A stretch of 64,000 nt of DNA from a phage, in sequence record NC_103192.1; one strand, given 5' to 3'. This document shows, piece by piece, positions 8,978 to 18,986 of this stretch. Both the position numbers and the translations under genes were made by a program. Below the pieces are notes generated by a model, which was not told the origin of the DNA, ran no database searches, and saw only the letters and a list, made by a program, of their open reading frames with translations. The stretch's first letter is position 1. Every line of letters starts with the position of its first letter.

Positions 8978-9277
8978 ATGTTTATACCCGCCAATAATCT
9001 TTATTTCTTTGATGGTCAGATCGTAGACGGTGTGGAAGTCGAGATCACTGGATGTCAAGGCGGTCAGGCAATGATCTTTCGCAATAGTGCCTTTAACGAT
9101 CAATTCATTACAATGACCATGGAAGTTAAAAAGCTGGACGATAAGAAAACGCTCATTGACTATTCCGTGAAAGATCATCCAGACTACCACATGATCTATG
9201 GTGATTTGTGCATTGTTGACCGTGACAAGGTGGGCGGCATTGTGATCGCTATTGTGAACGATGTTTTCTCAAACTAA
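8978..9277 (+). CDS. Hypothetical early protein
   Basis: SD aaaaggag; start moved to the third in-frame ATG. Confidence 0.45.
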   Translation: MFIPANNLYFFDGQIVDGVEVEITGCQGGQAMIFRNSAFNDQFITMTMEVKKLDDKKTLIDYSVKDHPDYHMIYGDLCIVDRDKVGGIVIAIVNDVFSN

Positions 9278-9294
9278 TTTCAGCAGGTGATTTT

Positions 9295-9645
9295 ATGAAA
9301 GTAAAACTATATTACCTTAATGAGCTTAACCCCCTTGCCCAGGTCCGCGCCCTGGCTAATACCTTGATTTGTGAGAAATCTGCATATTGTGTTGAGCTTA
9401 ACGCCATGCGTGAACGTCTTAAAGGGGGTTACTTTGACATCCATGCTGCAATCAACGGCCTGAATATGGGATTTATACGCTTACGTAACAGCCGCCGGAA
9501 TCTGGCAAGAATGGAACAAGATCCGGCCCACCTTCGTAAGCTGGTTATTGAAAACCATCTGATGTTTAATGCCGAGGGTGATTATTACCATTTTCACCGC
9601 AAACGCTGGTACCGTGGCGGCAATACAGGCAAGAGTGCAAAATAA
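9295..9645 (+). CDS. Hypothetical early protein
   Basis: ORF followed by GC hairpins. Confidence 0.45.
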   Translation: MKVKLYYLNELNPLAQVRALANTLICEKSAYCVELNAMRERLKGGYFDIHAAINGLNMGFIRLRNSRRNLARMEQDPAHLRKLVIENHLMFNAEGDYYHFHRKRWYRGGNTGKSAK

Positions 9646-9846
9646 GGCCCCAGGCAGGGCCTGCAGCGATATAATCACATAAAGGCTATGCGGTTGCATG
9701 GCCTTTATTATTTTAGCGTTACAGCGGCCTCCAAGGCGCTTAAAAATTTTTAAAGAAGTACTTGCATCAAGCCCTACAATATGGATAATAGGACGTGTCA
9801 GGGGGGCGGCCCCCAATCATTAACCAGATAGATAGGAGTTAAAACC

Positions 9847-10131
9847 ATGGCTATTGTTACCGCTGGCGATGTAGTAGAAATGGAAGCAAAATACTTAAAA
9901 GCTGGTATGCATATCATCCGCAATGATCTTGATCTGGTCCTCACTATGGTTGATTATAACCCTGGTCAAGATTATCCAAGCGTTGACTACTTTTTCCAGT
10001 ATGTTGATGAAGAATTAAAAGAGGATGAGGCTTATCGGGGTGAATTTTGTAATTTCTTTTGCCCTGATGAGGTTGTAAAAGTTATTTATCAACCTGGCGT
10101 ACCTTTCCCGTTGCACGCTATCAATAAATAA
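9847..10131 (+). CDS. Hypothetical early protein
   Basis: SD gataggag; terminator hairpin gggccgataaggccc downstream. Confidence 0.5.
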   Translation: MAIVTAGDVVEMEAKYLKAGMHIIRNDLDLVLTMVDYNPGQDYPSVDYFFQYVDEELKEDEAYRGEFCNFFCPDEVVKVIYQPGVPFPLHAINK

Positions 10132-10197
10132 ACCTGGAGGGGCCGATAAGGCCCCCACCCAACCTGAGATTATGAAAATAAAGAGAGACAAATCATC

Positions 10198-10431
10198 ATG
10201 ATGGAACAAATTAAACGCGCTGAGGCTATTAATGGCAATGTGATCTATTTTGTCAGCAAAAACGAAAAAGGCGTACCATATGCGGCGGTAATAGTACAGC
10301 CTGACGGCAATTATTGGTTTACTGTATACGGATCTTATTCTTTCGGGCGTCCGGTGCATGATAGAATTTTGAAAGTAGCGAACCCCACCGGGAAGAATAT
10401 CACGGCAGAAAAATTTTTTGAAAATAATTGA
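10198..10431 (+). CDS. Hypothetical early protein
   Basis: SD aagagaga. Confidence 0.45.
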   Translation: MMEQIKRAEAINGNVIYFVSKNEKGVPYAAVIVQPDGNYWFTVYGSYSFGRPVHDRILKVANPTGKNITAEKFFENN

Positions 10432-10509
10432 CAACGTTTTAAATTAGTTTAAGATGTATCACGTAGGGGCAAGCGCCCTATTAAACGCAACAAGAAGAGG
10501 ATAAACACC

Positions 10510-10749
10510 ATGAAAAGCAGTAAAGGTTATAACGGTTGGAAAAACTTTAATCAGTGGAACGTTGTTCTGTGGATCAATAATGACGAAAGTATGTACTTTT
10601 TCGCCCTGGGCCTGATTAATGAGTGTGGTAATAAAGGTGCGGCGGCTGATTTGATGTGCTACCGTTTGAAACAGGAAGGGATCACCCATACCCCTGACGG
10701 TGTGCCTTATACTAAAACCAATATCCGCGCCGCTATGGTTGGAATGTGA
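10510..10749 (+). CDS. Hypothetical early protein
   Basis: Promoter TTGACA at about 10426; conserved leader stem-loop; SD aagaggat. Confidence 0.5.
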   Translation: MKSSKGYNGWKNFNQWNVVLWINNDESMYFFALGLINECGNKGAAADLMCYRLKQEGITHTPDGVPYTKTNIRAAMVGM

Positions 10750-10838
10750 TAAAATAGCTTGACACTGTTTTTTATTCTGGTATAGTTTATCACATAGGGC
10801 GGCAATAGTGCCGCTCACAACTAAAAAGGGAAATCATC

Positions 10839-11033
10839 ATGGCGCTTAAAAAACTAACAAGCAATACTCGTTGGGATGAAATCGACGGGGAAGTTTACAT
10901 TTTTGCCCGTAAACCAGGGGATCAAAAATGGTCAAAGGCTTTTACTTGCCACCCTGCAACAATAGATCTAATAAAAAGTAAAGGTTTACGTGAAGCAGTA
11001 GCGAGAAGTTTACTGATCCCTTATAAAAAATAG
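10839..11033 (+). CDS. Hypothetical early protein
   Basis: Promoter TTGACA at about 10757; conserved leader stem-loop gcggcaatagtgccgc. Confidence 0.5.
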   Translation: MALKKLTSNTRWDEIDGEVYIFARKPGDQKWSKAFTCHPATIDLIKSKGLREAVARSLLIPYKK

Positions 11034-11093
11034 TTTGACAATATCGCACTAACCTTTAAAATGTTCTCTGTTACGTATCTTTAAAGGTGTAAC

Positions 11094-11273
11094 ATGTTCC
11101 AATCAATCATTGATGTTCTATCAGTCGCTAACAACGTGATGAACGTCATTACAATGATTAAACTTGTTGCGTGGTTTGTTTCTGGGGATTATCGCTATAC
11201 TAAGTGGCGCAAGCCAACCATAAAAGACGTAGCAAAGATCTTGTTTGAAGCAATGACAGAATATTATCTATAA
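11094..11273 (+). CDS. Hypothetical small protein (59 aa)
   Basis: Promoter TTGACA at about 11033; SD aaaggtg; below ORF-track cutoff. Confidence 0.35.
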   Translation: MFQSIIDVLSVANNVMNVITMIKLVAWFVSGDYRYTKWRKPTIKDVAKILFEAMTEYYL

Positions 11274-11369
11274 CGATTATTTTTTGTTGACATCTTGGGA
11301 TTGCTCTTTTACTATTAACGTGACTCGAAGGCCGTAACTGGTACGGCCTGATTCGAAAGGTGAATTAAT

Positions 11370-11570
11370 ATGAAACGTTTTACTTATGGCGTTGTTGGTG
11401 GGTATGTATCTAACCGTTTTTACAATACCGAGCGTGGTGCTAAAAATGCCGCTACCCGTGAACATGGCAATAGTGTGAATTTACAAATTGGTTATATTAG
11501 CAACATTAGTGGTATGTTTATTCCGGTTGCTCAACGCGGCATGTATTGCATAAACTGGATGCCAATGTAA
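11370..11570 (+). CDS. Hypothetical early protein
   Basis: Promoter TTGACA at about 11286; SD gaaaggtg. Confidence 0.45.
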   Translation: MKRFTYGVVGGYVSNRFYNTERGAKNAATREHGNSVNLQIGYISNISGMFIPVAQRGMYCINWMPM

Positions 11571-11585
11571 AAAGGAGTAATAAAA

Positions 11586-11777
11586 ATGAATGCCGAACAA
11601 GTTAGAAAGGTATTGGCGGTACTGCGTTATCATAATCATAGAAAGGTCATAGACGATCCTGATTATGTTGATTCAAGCCTGGAAGAAGGCACATTGCAAG
11701 CTATAAGCCATATGCAAGAATTGCTTAAGCGTATGACAGAGAAAAACAGATCTGATTATATAGGTGACGAGATCTAA
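11586..11777 (+). CDS. Hypothetical early protein
   Basis: SD aaaaggag. Confidence 0.45.
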   Translation: MNAEQVRKVLAVLRYHNHRKVIDDPDYVDSSLEEGTLQAISHMQELLKRMTEKNRSDYIGDEI

Positions 11778-11861
11778 AATAGCTTGCACAATGTATCTGA
11801 TAGTGTAAGATGTATCACGTAGGGCGGCAATGGTGCCGCTCACAACTGGAAGGAAAACACC

Positions 11862-12065
11862 ATGACTACAGCTAACCGCCTGATCGCCGTCCTGAACAAA
11901 GCAAAGGCTAACCGCCTGGATGTTCAAATCAAAGATCAAGCAAATGGCGAGATCCTTGCTACGGTGTCCGATGGCGGTTATGTATCGGAATCATTTTTAT
12001 CAGGGAGCTTAGATCATCTTGTTTGGAAATTAGAAATTATCGTGGAGGATATGCAGATCATCTAA
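11862..12065 (+). CDS. Hypothetical early protein
   Basis: Conserved leader stem-loop gcggcaatggtgccgc; SD ggaaggaaa. Confidence 0.5.
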   Translation: MTTANRLIAVLNKAKANRLDVQIKDQANGEILATVSDGGYVSESFLSGSLDHLVWKLEIIVEDMQII

Positions 12066-12117
12066 TCTTTACAAAACAGGGCTTGCAATGGTCCTGTTTT
12101 TTGTTATACTTATTCTA

Positions 12118-12165
12118 CGGCAGGCACCTGGCGACGGGGGGAGACAATCACCGGGCCTGCCTGTC
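12118..12165. repeat. GC-rich element, inverted copy of the motifs at about 2926-2970
   Basis: cggcaggcacctggcgacggggggagacaatcaccgggcctgcc matches the reverse complement of the 2.9-kb element at roughly 85 percent; self-complementary ends. Confidence 0.5.
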
Positions 12166-12269
12166 ATATAAGAACTATAAAAACCGTTGACATCTGCCAT
12201 GGGGTGGGGTAACATTTATCTTGAAGGGGCAAAAGTGCCCACACAACAACCAGGAGAGAGGAAAACATT

Positions 12270-12542
12270 ATGTCAAGCTGGATTAATCAAGAAGTCGAAT
12301 CACGTTTTAACGCTATTTGGGATCTCATCGAAAAAGAAGACGGAACATCAAGCCCCTACCTCAACAATTTGGAATTCCATTTTGTGGAAGCGATGAACGC
12401 AGAACATGATCACGAAGGTGGTGCGGATGAGTTCGCTAAAGGTTATGGCTTCAACAGCGCCAACGAAATGATCGAGGCGGTTGTACTCCAGGCTGAGGAA
12501 GATTATCAATTAAAAACGCTTGAATTTTGCCGCCGTAAGTAA
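12270..12542 (+). CDS. Hypothetical acidic early protein
   Basis: Promoter TTGACA at about 12186; SD aggagagagg. Confidence 0.5.
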   Translation: MSSWINQEVESRFNAIWDLIEKEDGTSSPYLNNLEFHFVEAMNAEHDHEGGADEFAKGYGFNSANEMIEAVVLQAEEDYQLKTLEFCRRK

Positions 12543-12601
12543 TAAGATAATGACACGGGCCAAAAGGCCCACCAAACCAGAACCGCATAGAGGTAAACAT
12601 C

Positions 12602-12865
12602 ATGAAACGTCTTGACCAGCTCAAACTAGTTCAATATATGGCTTATCGTGTTCTTGAAGTACAGAAAGGTAGCAAAAAAGAGGTTTGCGAAAAAGCGTAC
12701 AAGATCTTTACTCGTAAAAAAGATGATTGGATGTTACGCCAGACCAAAAAAGCCGATATCCTGGGGTACCTGGAAGAAGAGATCCGACTTGAAGAGCAAG
12801 AAGAGATCCGCCGTAGTGAGGCAGATTATCAGGCAGCTTGGGAAAACTGGATGAGCAACAAATAA
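12602..12865 (+). CDS. Hypothetical early protein
   Basis: SD agaggtaaa. Confidence 0.45.
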   Translation: MKRLDQLKLVQYMAYRVLEVQKGSKKEVCEKAYKIFTRKKDDWMLRQTKKADILGYLEEEIRLEEQEEIRRSEADYQAAWENWMSNK

Positions 12866-13008
12866 TACAACAAGTTACGGTCAGGGGGTAATAAAGCCCC
12901 TTGATCACATAAAAATTATGCTATCCCTGGTTGACAGGGATCGGCAGTTTTGCTATATTCTTTTTTGAAGGGAAGTTGTAAGAAAATTAACTAAGAGGTA
13001 AAAACACC

Positions 13009-13428
13009 ATGAACATTAAATCTAATAATCCGGCATATAGCTTTGATAACGCTTTTTGTCACGGTCCGGCGGCGAAAGGATTCGAAATCGATGGTAAACT
13101 AATTATTGTCAATGTTGACGGGGAAGAGGTTGCAGTATATCCGGTGGCAGACGTTAAAAGCCGTTTGCAATGCCGCATGGATGTTACCGCCTACCAGCTT
13201 GATCCGGTCCGCATAGTTGCCCTGGTCCTGGAGGAAGAGATCAAAGCAATGCACCACAGCAACAAGTTTATTGGTGACGCTCAAGATAATATGAAGGTGT
13301 GCCGCCATAAAGTTAATGAAGTGCTTAAAGAATATGGCTTTAAAGATCTGATGATCAAACGTGAGGAAAAATTCCGCTACCGTAACGACCTGGCAAATCG
13401 GATTTTTGAAATATACGAATCATTATAA
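13009..13428 (+). CDS. Hypothetical early protein (139 aa)
   Basis: Promoter TTGACA at about 12932; SD aagaggtaaaaa. Confidence 0.5.
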   Translation: MNIKSNNPAYSFDNAFCHGPAAKGFEIDGKLIIVNVDGEEVAVYPVADVKSRLQCRMDVTAYQLDPVRIVALVLEEEIKAMHHSNKFIGDAQDNMKVCRHKVNEVLKEYGFKDLMIKREEKFRYRNDLANRIFEIYESL

Positions 13429-13446
13429 TTTCTTAACTGAATTATC

Positions 13447-13475
13447 AAGGGGCTTAAAGGCCCCTTTCTTTTTGT
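13447..13475 (+). terminator. Rho-independent terminator
   Basis: aaggggcttaaaggcccctt hairpin plus T-run; ends the plus-strand early block. Confidence 0.65.
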
Positions 13476-14079
13476 CTGCTCTTCTCCTACCATAAACGGC
13501 CCCACCCGGCAAGTGGAATAATTGACTAGCCAGCAATTGCCTGCACTGTACAAACATACAGGTAAAATAGTTATTGCATAACCTTTCATTGTGTGGTAGC
13601 AGTGCCATTTTTACACGTTTTTCCTTCCAAAATTGCACGTAATGCCGCTATTGCATAAATTTTAACCTGATGCATATCTTCAATATCTTGTCAACAACTA
13701 AAAATCTTTATAAGTCATACACTTACACCACCACAAAAGCGTGTTCTACGTGAAAAATCGGGTGTAACTATAGCCGCCAGATCTCAGAATTTACGTACGC
13801 TCACCAGTCTATAGCCTGCTAAGTATTTATTCCAACCATAGAATAACGGAATAGTCAATACCTGCATAAAATAATTATTCGTGTAAACTGCATAACATAA
13901 ATCAGCCAGGGTGTCAACATTTTTCGTAAACATCTCGAAATTATCACGATGAGTTATCATAAACAGAGAAATCTTTAGTCGTCTAATGTTTACTGTACAT
14001 TACTATACTGGCTGGAATCATTAGATGACTAAGAGAAAGATAAGAAATAGTTAACAATGTAATTGTTTTACCTGTAACA

Positions 14080-14310
14080 ATAAGGCAACTATGCAAACGA
14101 ATGGCATGGCGCGACGGAGTCGCGACATAATATAAAAGCAGTAACCATCACCCCCGTGATAGTTTGTCTGCAAACTATTAATCAGATCATAGTTGCCTTG
14201 TAGTTAGTTAATCATGACACAATAAGCAAGGCAACTATAGATCTGCTAATAGTTGCCCTGCTTTTATATTATGTCATAGAAACACCCGAAGGGGTGACCG
14301 AAGGTCACCT
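14080..14310. repeat. Nested inverted repeats (18-bp gacataatataaaagcag / ctgcttttatattatgtc; four copies of CAAGGCAACT in alternating orientation)
   Basis: Read directly: 14124-14141 versus 14258-14275; motif copies at about 14082, 14189, 14229, 14249. Confidence 0.7.
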
Positions 14311-14329
14311 GGCCTAGCCAGTGAAAGAT

Positions 14330-14530
14330 TATTAACTTGTTAATTGTTAACTTGCTAATTGTTTTCATGCAAACGAATGTCATGGCTTATCATATCTGCG
14401 TGAACAGTGAAACATGGAAATGATAAATATGTGAACAGTTATCCATGTAAACTATTAGACATGCAAACAATCAGGTGTGCAAAAGTGACATAGTATGTCA
14501 CCAGTATGTCATAGTATGTCAGACAAGTTT
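14330..14530. repeat. Direct repeats and overlapping palindromes (ATGCAAACRAAT x3, GTGAACAG x3, TGACATAGTATGTCA array)
   Basis: Read directly in a non-coding tract. Confidence 0.65.
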
Positions 14531-16006
14531 TTCTCCTCTTTGTCAAGTGCTGCATGGAAAATTTACAAACTGGTATGGTAGCATTTTTGCGGCCCTGTTT
14601 ACATTCAGGAGTGTATGTATAATCCTTGTTGTGTGGGCGTTTAGACGTCTGGACGGTCAGAAGTCCGCAGGTTAATATCTAATCTATTGGTTGCTAACTA
14701 TATCCCACACAAATAGTAAGAAATATAATTGTTATATGCGTAAACAGTAACTCATGTTATCAATCCATGTATGGATCGCCAGTGGTGCGCATAATGGGTA
14801 TTATGTTAAATTGCCCGTAATGATAACCATTCCCACAATGATAGGTATTCTCATTCACCCCCACAAGATAGGTTGCAAATGTTGTGCCACTGTGTGAACG
14901 GCCTCACCTATTAATTTGCCCCACTGCCTCGATATTTGAGAATTGTTATAAGAATGAGAAGTATTCCCATTCCGTCCGCCTGGCAGCACTCCAGTCGCTA
15001 ACGCTCTCGGGCTGAGAGCTATGCTCGATGCTACCGGCTCCTGACAGGGAGGCACTCCTGTAGGACAGGTCAAAATCGGGGCATAACTGGACCCCCCTTC
15101 AGATATTTCTGGCTGACTCTTCAGGTCTGTGTGGGAAAAGCCAACCTCTCCGGCAGAGGGGAGGGGGTCAATTAAAAAATTTACGTGGTGTATGAAGCGC
15201 TCTTCAGGCAAGGTGTGTATTATGGGAGGAATCACTCTTCAGGTGATGATATTTGTGGGTGTGATATTTGCTGGAAAGCCAGATATGACGGGACTCCCGG
15301 CGGGGCAGGGGTAGTACAGACAGGGAAAATGTGGAGAATGTGGTGGGTAAATTGATCAGGCAGGTAGAGTATGAAATATGTTACAGGTATGTTAAATATG
15401 GAGGGTGAATATCTGTAAGATTTGTGTGTAAAATCAAAGACTTAAGTGGTGTTGTGGTATTTTCTATAAATAATTCAAGTTTAATAGGTAATATTTGTCT
15501 CTATCCACTTTGTGTGGTAACCAGATTCAGATGAAATTGGTTTACAAGTGTATACATAATATACAAATTAAAGATACAAGAAACCCCCCTCCCCCTTCGG
15601 CTACCATTCACCTTTTCCTCTGACTGGTACTTAAACACTTATTCAGACTCTTCAGGTTATCACCCATATATCATATGGCAGTGACTGGTGTCCTCCGGCC
15701 CCTCTTTCGTCACCCGTCCGCTTCGCCATGCTAATGCCATAGCCAAAGGTTCGGTTGTTCACCCTGTTCACTCAGGTGTATCTCCATACCCCTTCAAACC
15801 GAAGAGAACAGAAAACCCGAATTACTCGGTAAAAGAAAAGAGAAGAACTTAATTTTATCAGGATAGGCAAGAATGTCAAGGCATGACTGCTCACTAAACA
15901 AGCAAACAGTCATGTGTGGGAGGTAAGTGATTGTGGTGGTAGGAAATTTAGTTGAAAGATGTGTTATAGGTGCTTCCAGCACTTTAGCCGGGCAGCTAAT
16001 TGTGTG

Positions 16007-16222
16007 TCAGTCCAGCGGTTCATCTACTACTTCACTGAAATCAATGTTCAGAGTCTCTTCCCAACCATCGATCTCAGCACAAGAGTGGAGTTCTTTAGGG
16101 TTTACTCCCAAAGCCTCAGCAACAGAGTCTATATTTAACACCTCTGGCAGGTATGATTCATCGAATTCAAGGTAAATCAGGCCACGAGTGTTGTCAGCTC
16201 CACCAAATATTTCTATCTTCAT
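16007..16222 (-). CDS. Hypothetical acidic protein
   Basis: ORF at the distal end of the minus-strand gene array. Confidence 0.4.
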   Translation of the reverse strand: MKIEIFGGADNTRGLIYLEFDESYLPEVLNIDSVAEALGVNPKELHSCAEIDGWEETLNIDFSEVVDEPLD

Positions 16223-16342
16223 AAAATCTCCTCTGGAAATGAGAGTGTGAACAGGGTTATACGTTCCAATGCACTGGAATTTATATACGTTTGCCTCTTC
16301 AGGCCATGCTTTAGCATGATAAACTTGTGTGGGCTCGGTACT

Positions 16343-16756
16343 TCATAGTCTGCCACCTCTGAACTCTTCGTTCTCAGGCATGATAGAGAACCAGATGGCT
16401 ATGATGTCCTCCCACGTCAGGTCATCAGCCTCAGGATCTACCTGGAGCGAAGATGGAGAATCTTCAGAATTGAAGTTTTTCTCTTTCACTGTCTCAGCCA
16501 AGGGACATATAGTCACTCCTTTGGATGCCTCTTCAGATGCATGTGTGTTTATCATGTTCCACCCGTGAGTATTCCGGCAACAACTGCTATGGACGTAATG
16601 ATCATCAGGATCACCACCAAAACCTCTGACAATGTTTTCATTGTGCGCTCCATATTCTCCAAATGATGTGTGGATACTATCACAGGAGCGGTAATGTGTC
16701 AACAGAAACGCCGCGAGGGTTTGGTTAAAATCCGAGCGTATGGTGATTTGGGTCAA
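16343..16756 (-). CDS. Hypothetical protein
   Basis: ORF in the minus-strand array. Confidence 0.4.
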   Translation of the reverse strand: MTQITIRSDFNQTLAAFLLTHYRSCDSIHTSFGEYGAHNENIVRGFGGDPDDHYVHSSCCRNTHGWNMINTHASEEASKGVTICPLAETVKEKNFNSEDSPSSLQVDPEADDLTWEDIIAIWFSIMPENEEFRGGRL

Positions 16757-16915
16757 AACGGACGTGCGTTCTCGCTACGCTCGAAAGAGAGATTTGTTCG
16801 TAGGAAGCTCTTAAACGCTCTGTAATGAGATTAACTGCCCAAGGTATGCAATCGTGCACCAGATAAAGAAAAGGACGCCACAGAGCGTCCTAGGTGTCTT
16901 AAATTTGATATTTTG

Positions 16916-17227
16916 CTATACCCATGAGGGCTTATCAAGGTTGGAGTAGCTGAAAGGTGTCAAAAGGTGACTGTCAAAATCCCTCAAACTATCCAAATCT
17001 TTTTCCTCGTCCTGACACCATCTGTGCCTACATTTATTGTTGTAGTGCATGGAATGCATAGCGTTCTGCAACTTAACAGGCACAAGTGATTCAGGAGTAG
17101 ATAGTATTGTAGGGTATGCCAGAACCACCTCAAACAGTGGAAATACATCGAAACTAAAGTCTACCTCTGCAGAGGTTGATGGCATATAGGAGTATTTAGC
17201 CGCCTTTGTAGACATAATCCACCTCAC
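16916..17227 (-). CDS. Hypothetical protein
   Basis: ORF, 4-nt overlap with upstream gene. Confidence 0.4.
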   Translation of the reverse strand: MRWIMSTKAAKYSYMPSTSAEVDFSFDVFPLFEVVLAYPTILSTPESLVPVKLQNAMHSMHYNNKCRHRWCQDEEKDLDSLRDFDSHLLTPFSYSNLDKPSWV

Positions 17228-17589
17228 ACAGGTTTGATAATACCTTCACCGAATAACTCTTCATATTTAATCTTATCAGGATCCCACTCCTGGATAATTT
17301 CGAAGACAATGTCCAGCCCAGGAATAATCACTTCTCCAGTATCCAGTCTGGCAAGAACAAAACCGGAAGGTTGAATGGTTTCCCAGTTGCGACGATTAGA
17401 ATAGAGAACTTCGAAAATATCACCAACCGCAATCTGTTGATCAAGGTGCTCAAGATTCTCTTTCATATAAACGCAGCGTATTTTCCGTGCAGGCCACAGG
17501 CCCCCTGCATCACGTTCATTTAGCTCTTTTACAGTAATCGGCATTAGCATTTCTGATCTCCTCCATAGATAGTAAAAAAGAGGGGCCAA
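17224..17589 (-). CDS. Hypothetical protein
   Basis: ORF; true start may be an internal Met. Confidence 0.4.
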   Translation of the reverse strand: MAPLFYYLWRRSEMLMPITVKELNERDAGGLWPARKIRCVYMKENLEHLDQQIAVGDIFEVLYSNRRNWETIQPSGFVLARLDTGEVIIPGLDIVFEIIQEWDPDKIKYEELFGEGIIKPV

Positions 17590-17604
17590 GACCCCTCTTC
17601 GTTG

Positions 17605-17910
17605 TTATTCTGCAGAGCGTTTGAACAGAATGTCTGCTTCAGACATGTGCTCAACCTCTTCTTCGATTTTAGCTCGACGTTTTTCAGCTTCGTAGCGGAT
17701 ATCGAATTCAGTAGCCACCAATGACTTGATAAACTTAGGAGAATACAGGTGATCCTGTTTCTCGACAATAATAATATCCTTGATAGCGTCTTTCAGATCT
17801 TTAATCTGAAGCTGAAGTTCCACCAGCTCTTCAATTGTTTTACGGAGGCGATCACGCTCTGCAGTGTCAGAAGGAAGAGAGGTGAACAGTTCAACTTTAG
17901 ATTTAGCCAT
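17605..17910 (-). CDS. Hypothetical coiled-coil protein
   Basis: Charged, heptad-like sequence. Confidence 0.45.
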   Translation of the reverse strand: MAKSKVELFTSLPSDTAERDRLRKTIEELVELQLQIKDLKDAIKDIIIVEKQDHLYSPKFIKSLVATEFDIRYEAEKRRAKIEEEVEHMSEADILFKRSAE

Positions 17911-17938
17911 AGTAAGAGTCTCCTTATGTTGTTTTAAA

Positions 17939-18256
17939 TTAACGTTCTACAAAAATACCGTTCAGTTCAATAACCAGGAATTTCTGGTCTTCACTATCGT
18001 CACGTGCCAGCACCTCACAGACGTAACGGTCATCTCCGTCATCATCACAGTCAAATACAAGGCTGAGGACTTTATCATGATAAACCTTCGCCACCACTGC
18101 CTCGTAAGTATTGCCGATTGTGAATCCAAGATAATCCCCGATGCATTTGACAACAACATGGTCGCCAGCATTTAAGTCAATCTTCGTCATTACTGTGCCC
18201 CTTGGGTGAGAATATGGTATGTAAAACTTTAACCAGAGATGTGAATAACGCCCCAA
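17939..18256 (-). CDS. Hypothetical protein
   Basis: ORF; start likely at internal MTKIDL. Confidence 0.4.
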   Translation of the reverse strand: MGRYSHLWLKFYIPYSHPRGTVMTKIDLNAGDHVVVKCIGDYLGFTIGNTYEAVVAKVYHDKVLSLVFDCDDDGDDRYVCEVLARDDSEDQKFLVIELNGIFVER

Positions 18257-18345
18257 AACACACCGATAGCGCTAAAACGGATAAGGCCATCATTAAAGCT
18301 TCAGTAAAATCAGTCATTCCTCACCTCTTGTTAGTCACTATACTA

Positions 18346-18609
18346 TCATTTATCCTTGTCGTCAAGAACTTTTTTAAATCTTTCAGGGATATCTCCCGTT
18401 CTTAGATAGTTCATGACCTCGCAAGGTTCCCACTTGAATTTCTTACAGAGCAGGGCGGCTGAGATTGTTTCATTGCGAAAAGAAAGGATATTAATATCCC
18501 ACTCTGAGAACCCCAACTTCCGAAGGGTAGCTACAGAAATCCTCACCGCAACCCAGCAGCAAAAACATGCAACAAACGCCACTGCTATAACCCACATCAG
18601 GATGTTCAT
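18346..18609 (-). CDS. Hypothetical membrane protein
   Basis: N-terminal TM segment ILMWVIAVAFVACFCCWVAV. Confidence 0.45.
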   Translation of the reverse strand: MNILMWVIAVAFVACFCCWVAVRISVATLRKLGFSEWDINILSFRNETISAALLCKKFKWEPCEVMNYLRTGDIPERFKKVLDDKDK

Positions 18610-18698
18610 ACAAGCACCTCACTGAAATACAAGGCATAGTGTCAAGGTTACTGACCAGCAAATAATTAACAGTGCCGTTGCAACCTTGGCAAGATTTA

Positions 18699-18986
18699 TC
18701 ATAGTGCCTCTAAGATTTCATATCCTTCGGGTCGGAATACAAGCCACTCTGTGGCTCCGTTTGGTCGATACGCTTTATACAGAACAACCTGGTCTCGGCA
18801 CATGCACATGGCTACATAGTTTTCATCCACACCTGCAGCCTGCATTGCATCTTCTTCTCCGGCAACTGCTTTGCTTACAACTTCCTTGGTAGGCAGGTGT
18901 GCGATCAGCTCGTCACCATCATTAATTCCAAAATGGCTGAGTTCGCCGTTGGTATCTTTAATCTTAATCTTAACCAAATCTTTCAT
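18699..18986 (-). CDS. Small acidic protein, family A-like
   Basis: Abuts the next gene; acidic; MK.L.KIK start as in paralogs. Confidence 0.45.
   Translation of the reverse strand: MKDLVKIKIKDTNGELSHFGINDGDELIAHLPTKEVVSKAVAGEEDAMQAAGVDENYVAMCMCRDQVVLYKAYRPNGATEWLVFRPEGYEILEAL

Noticed and set aside
12187-12396. ORF 12187..12396
   Set aside because: Overlaps, out of frame, the better-supported 12270..12542 gene, whose promoter and SD lie within it.
14855-15235. 126-aa minus-strand ORF inside the repeat-rich region
   Set aside because: Translation is low-complexity (Pro/Ser/Gly-rich), lacks an SD and lies in a GC-rich repeat tract; likely not coding. Similar doubts apply to 15794..15982 and 15927..16175.
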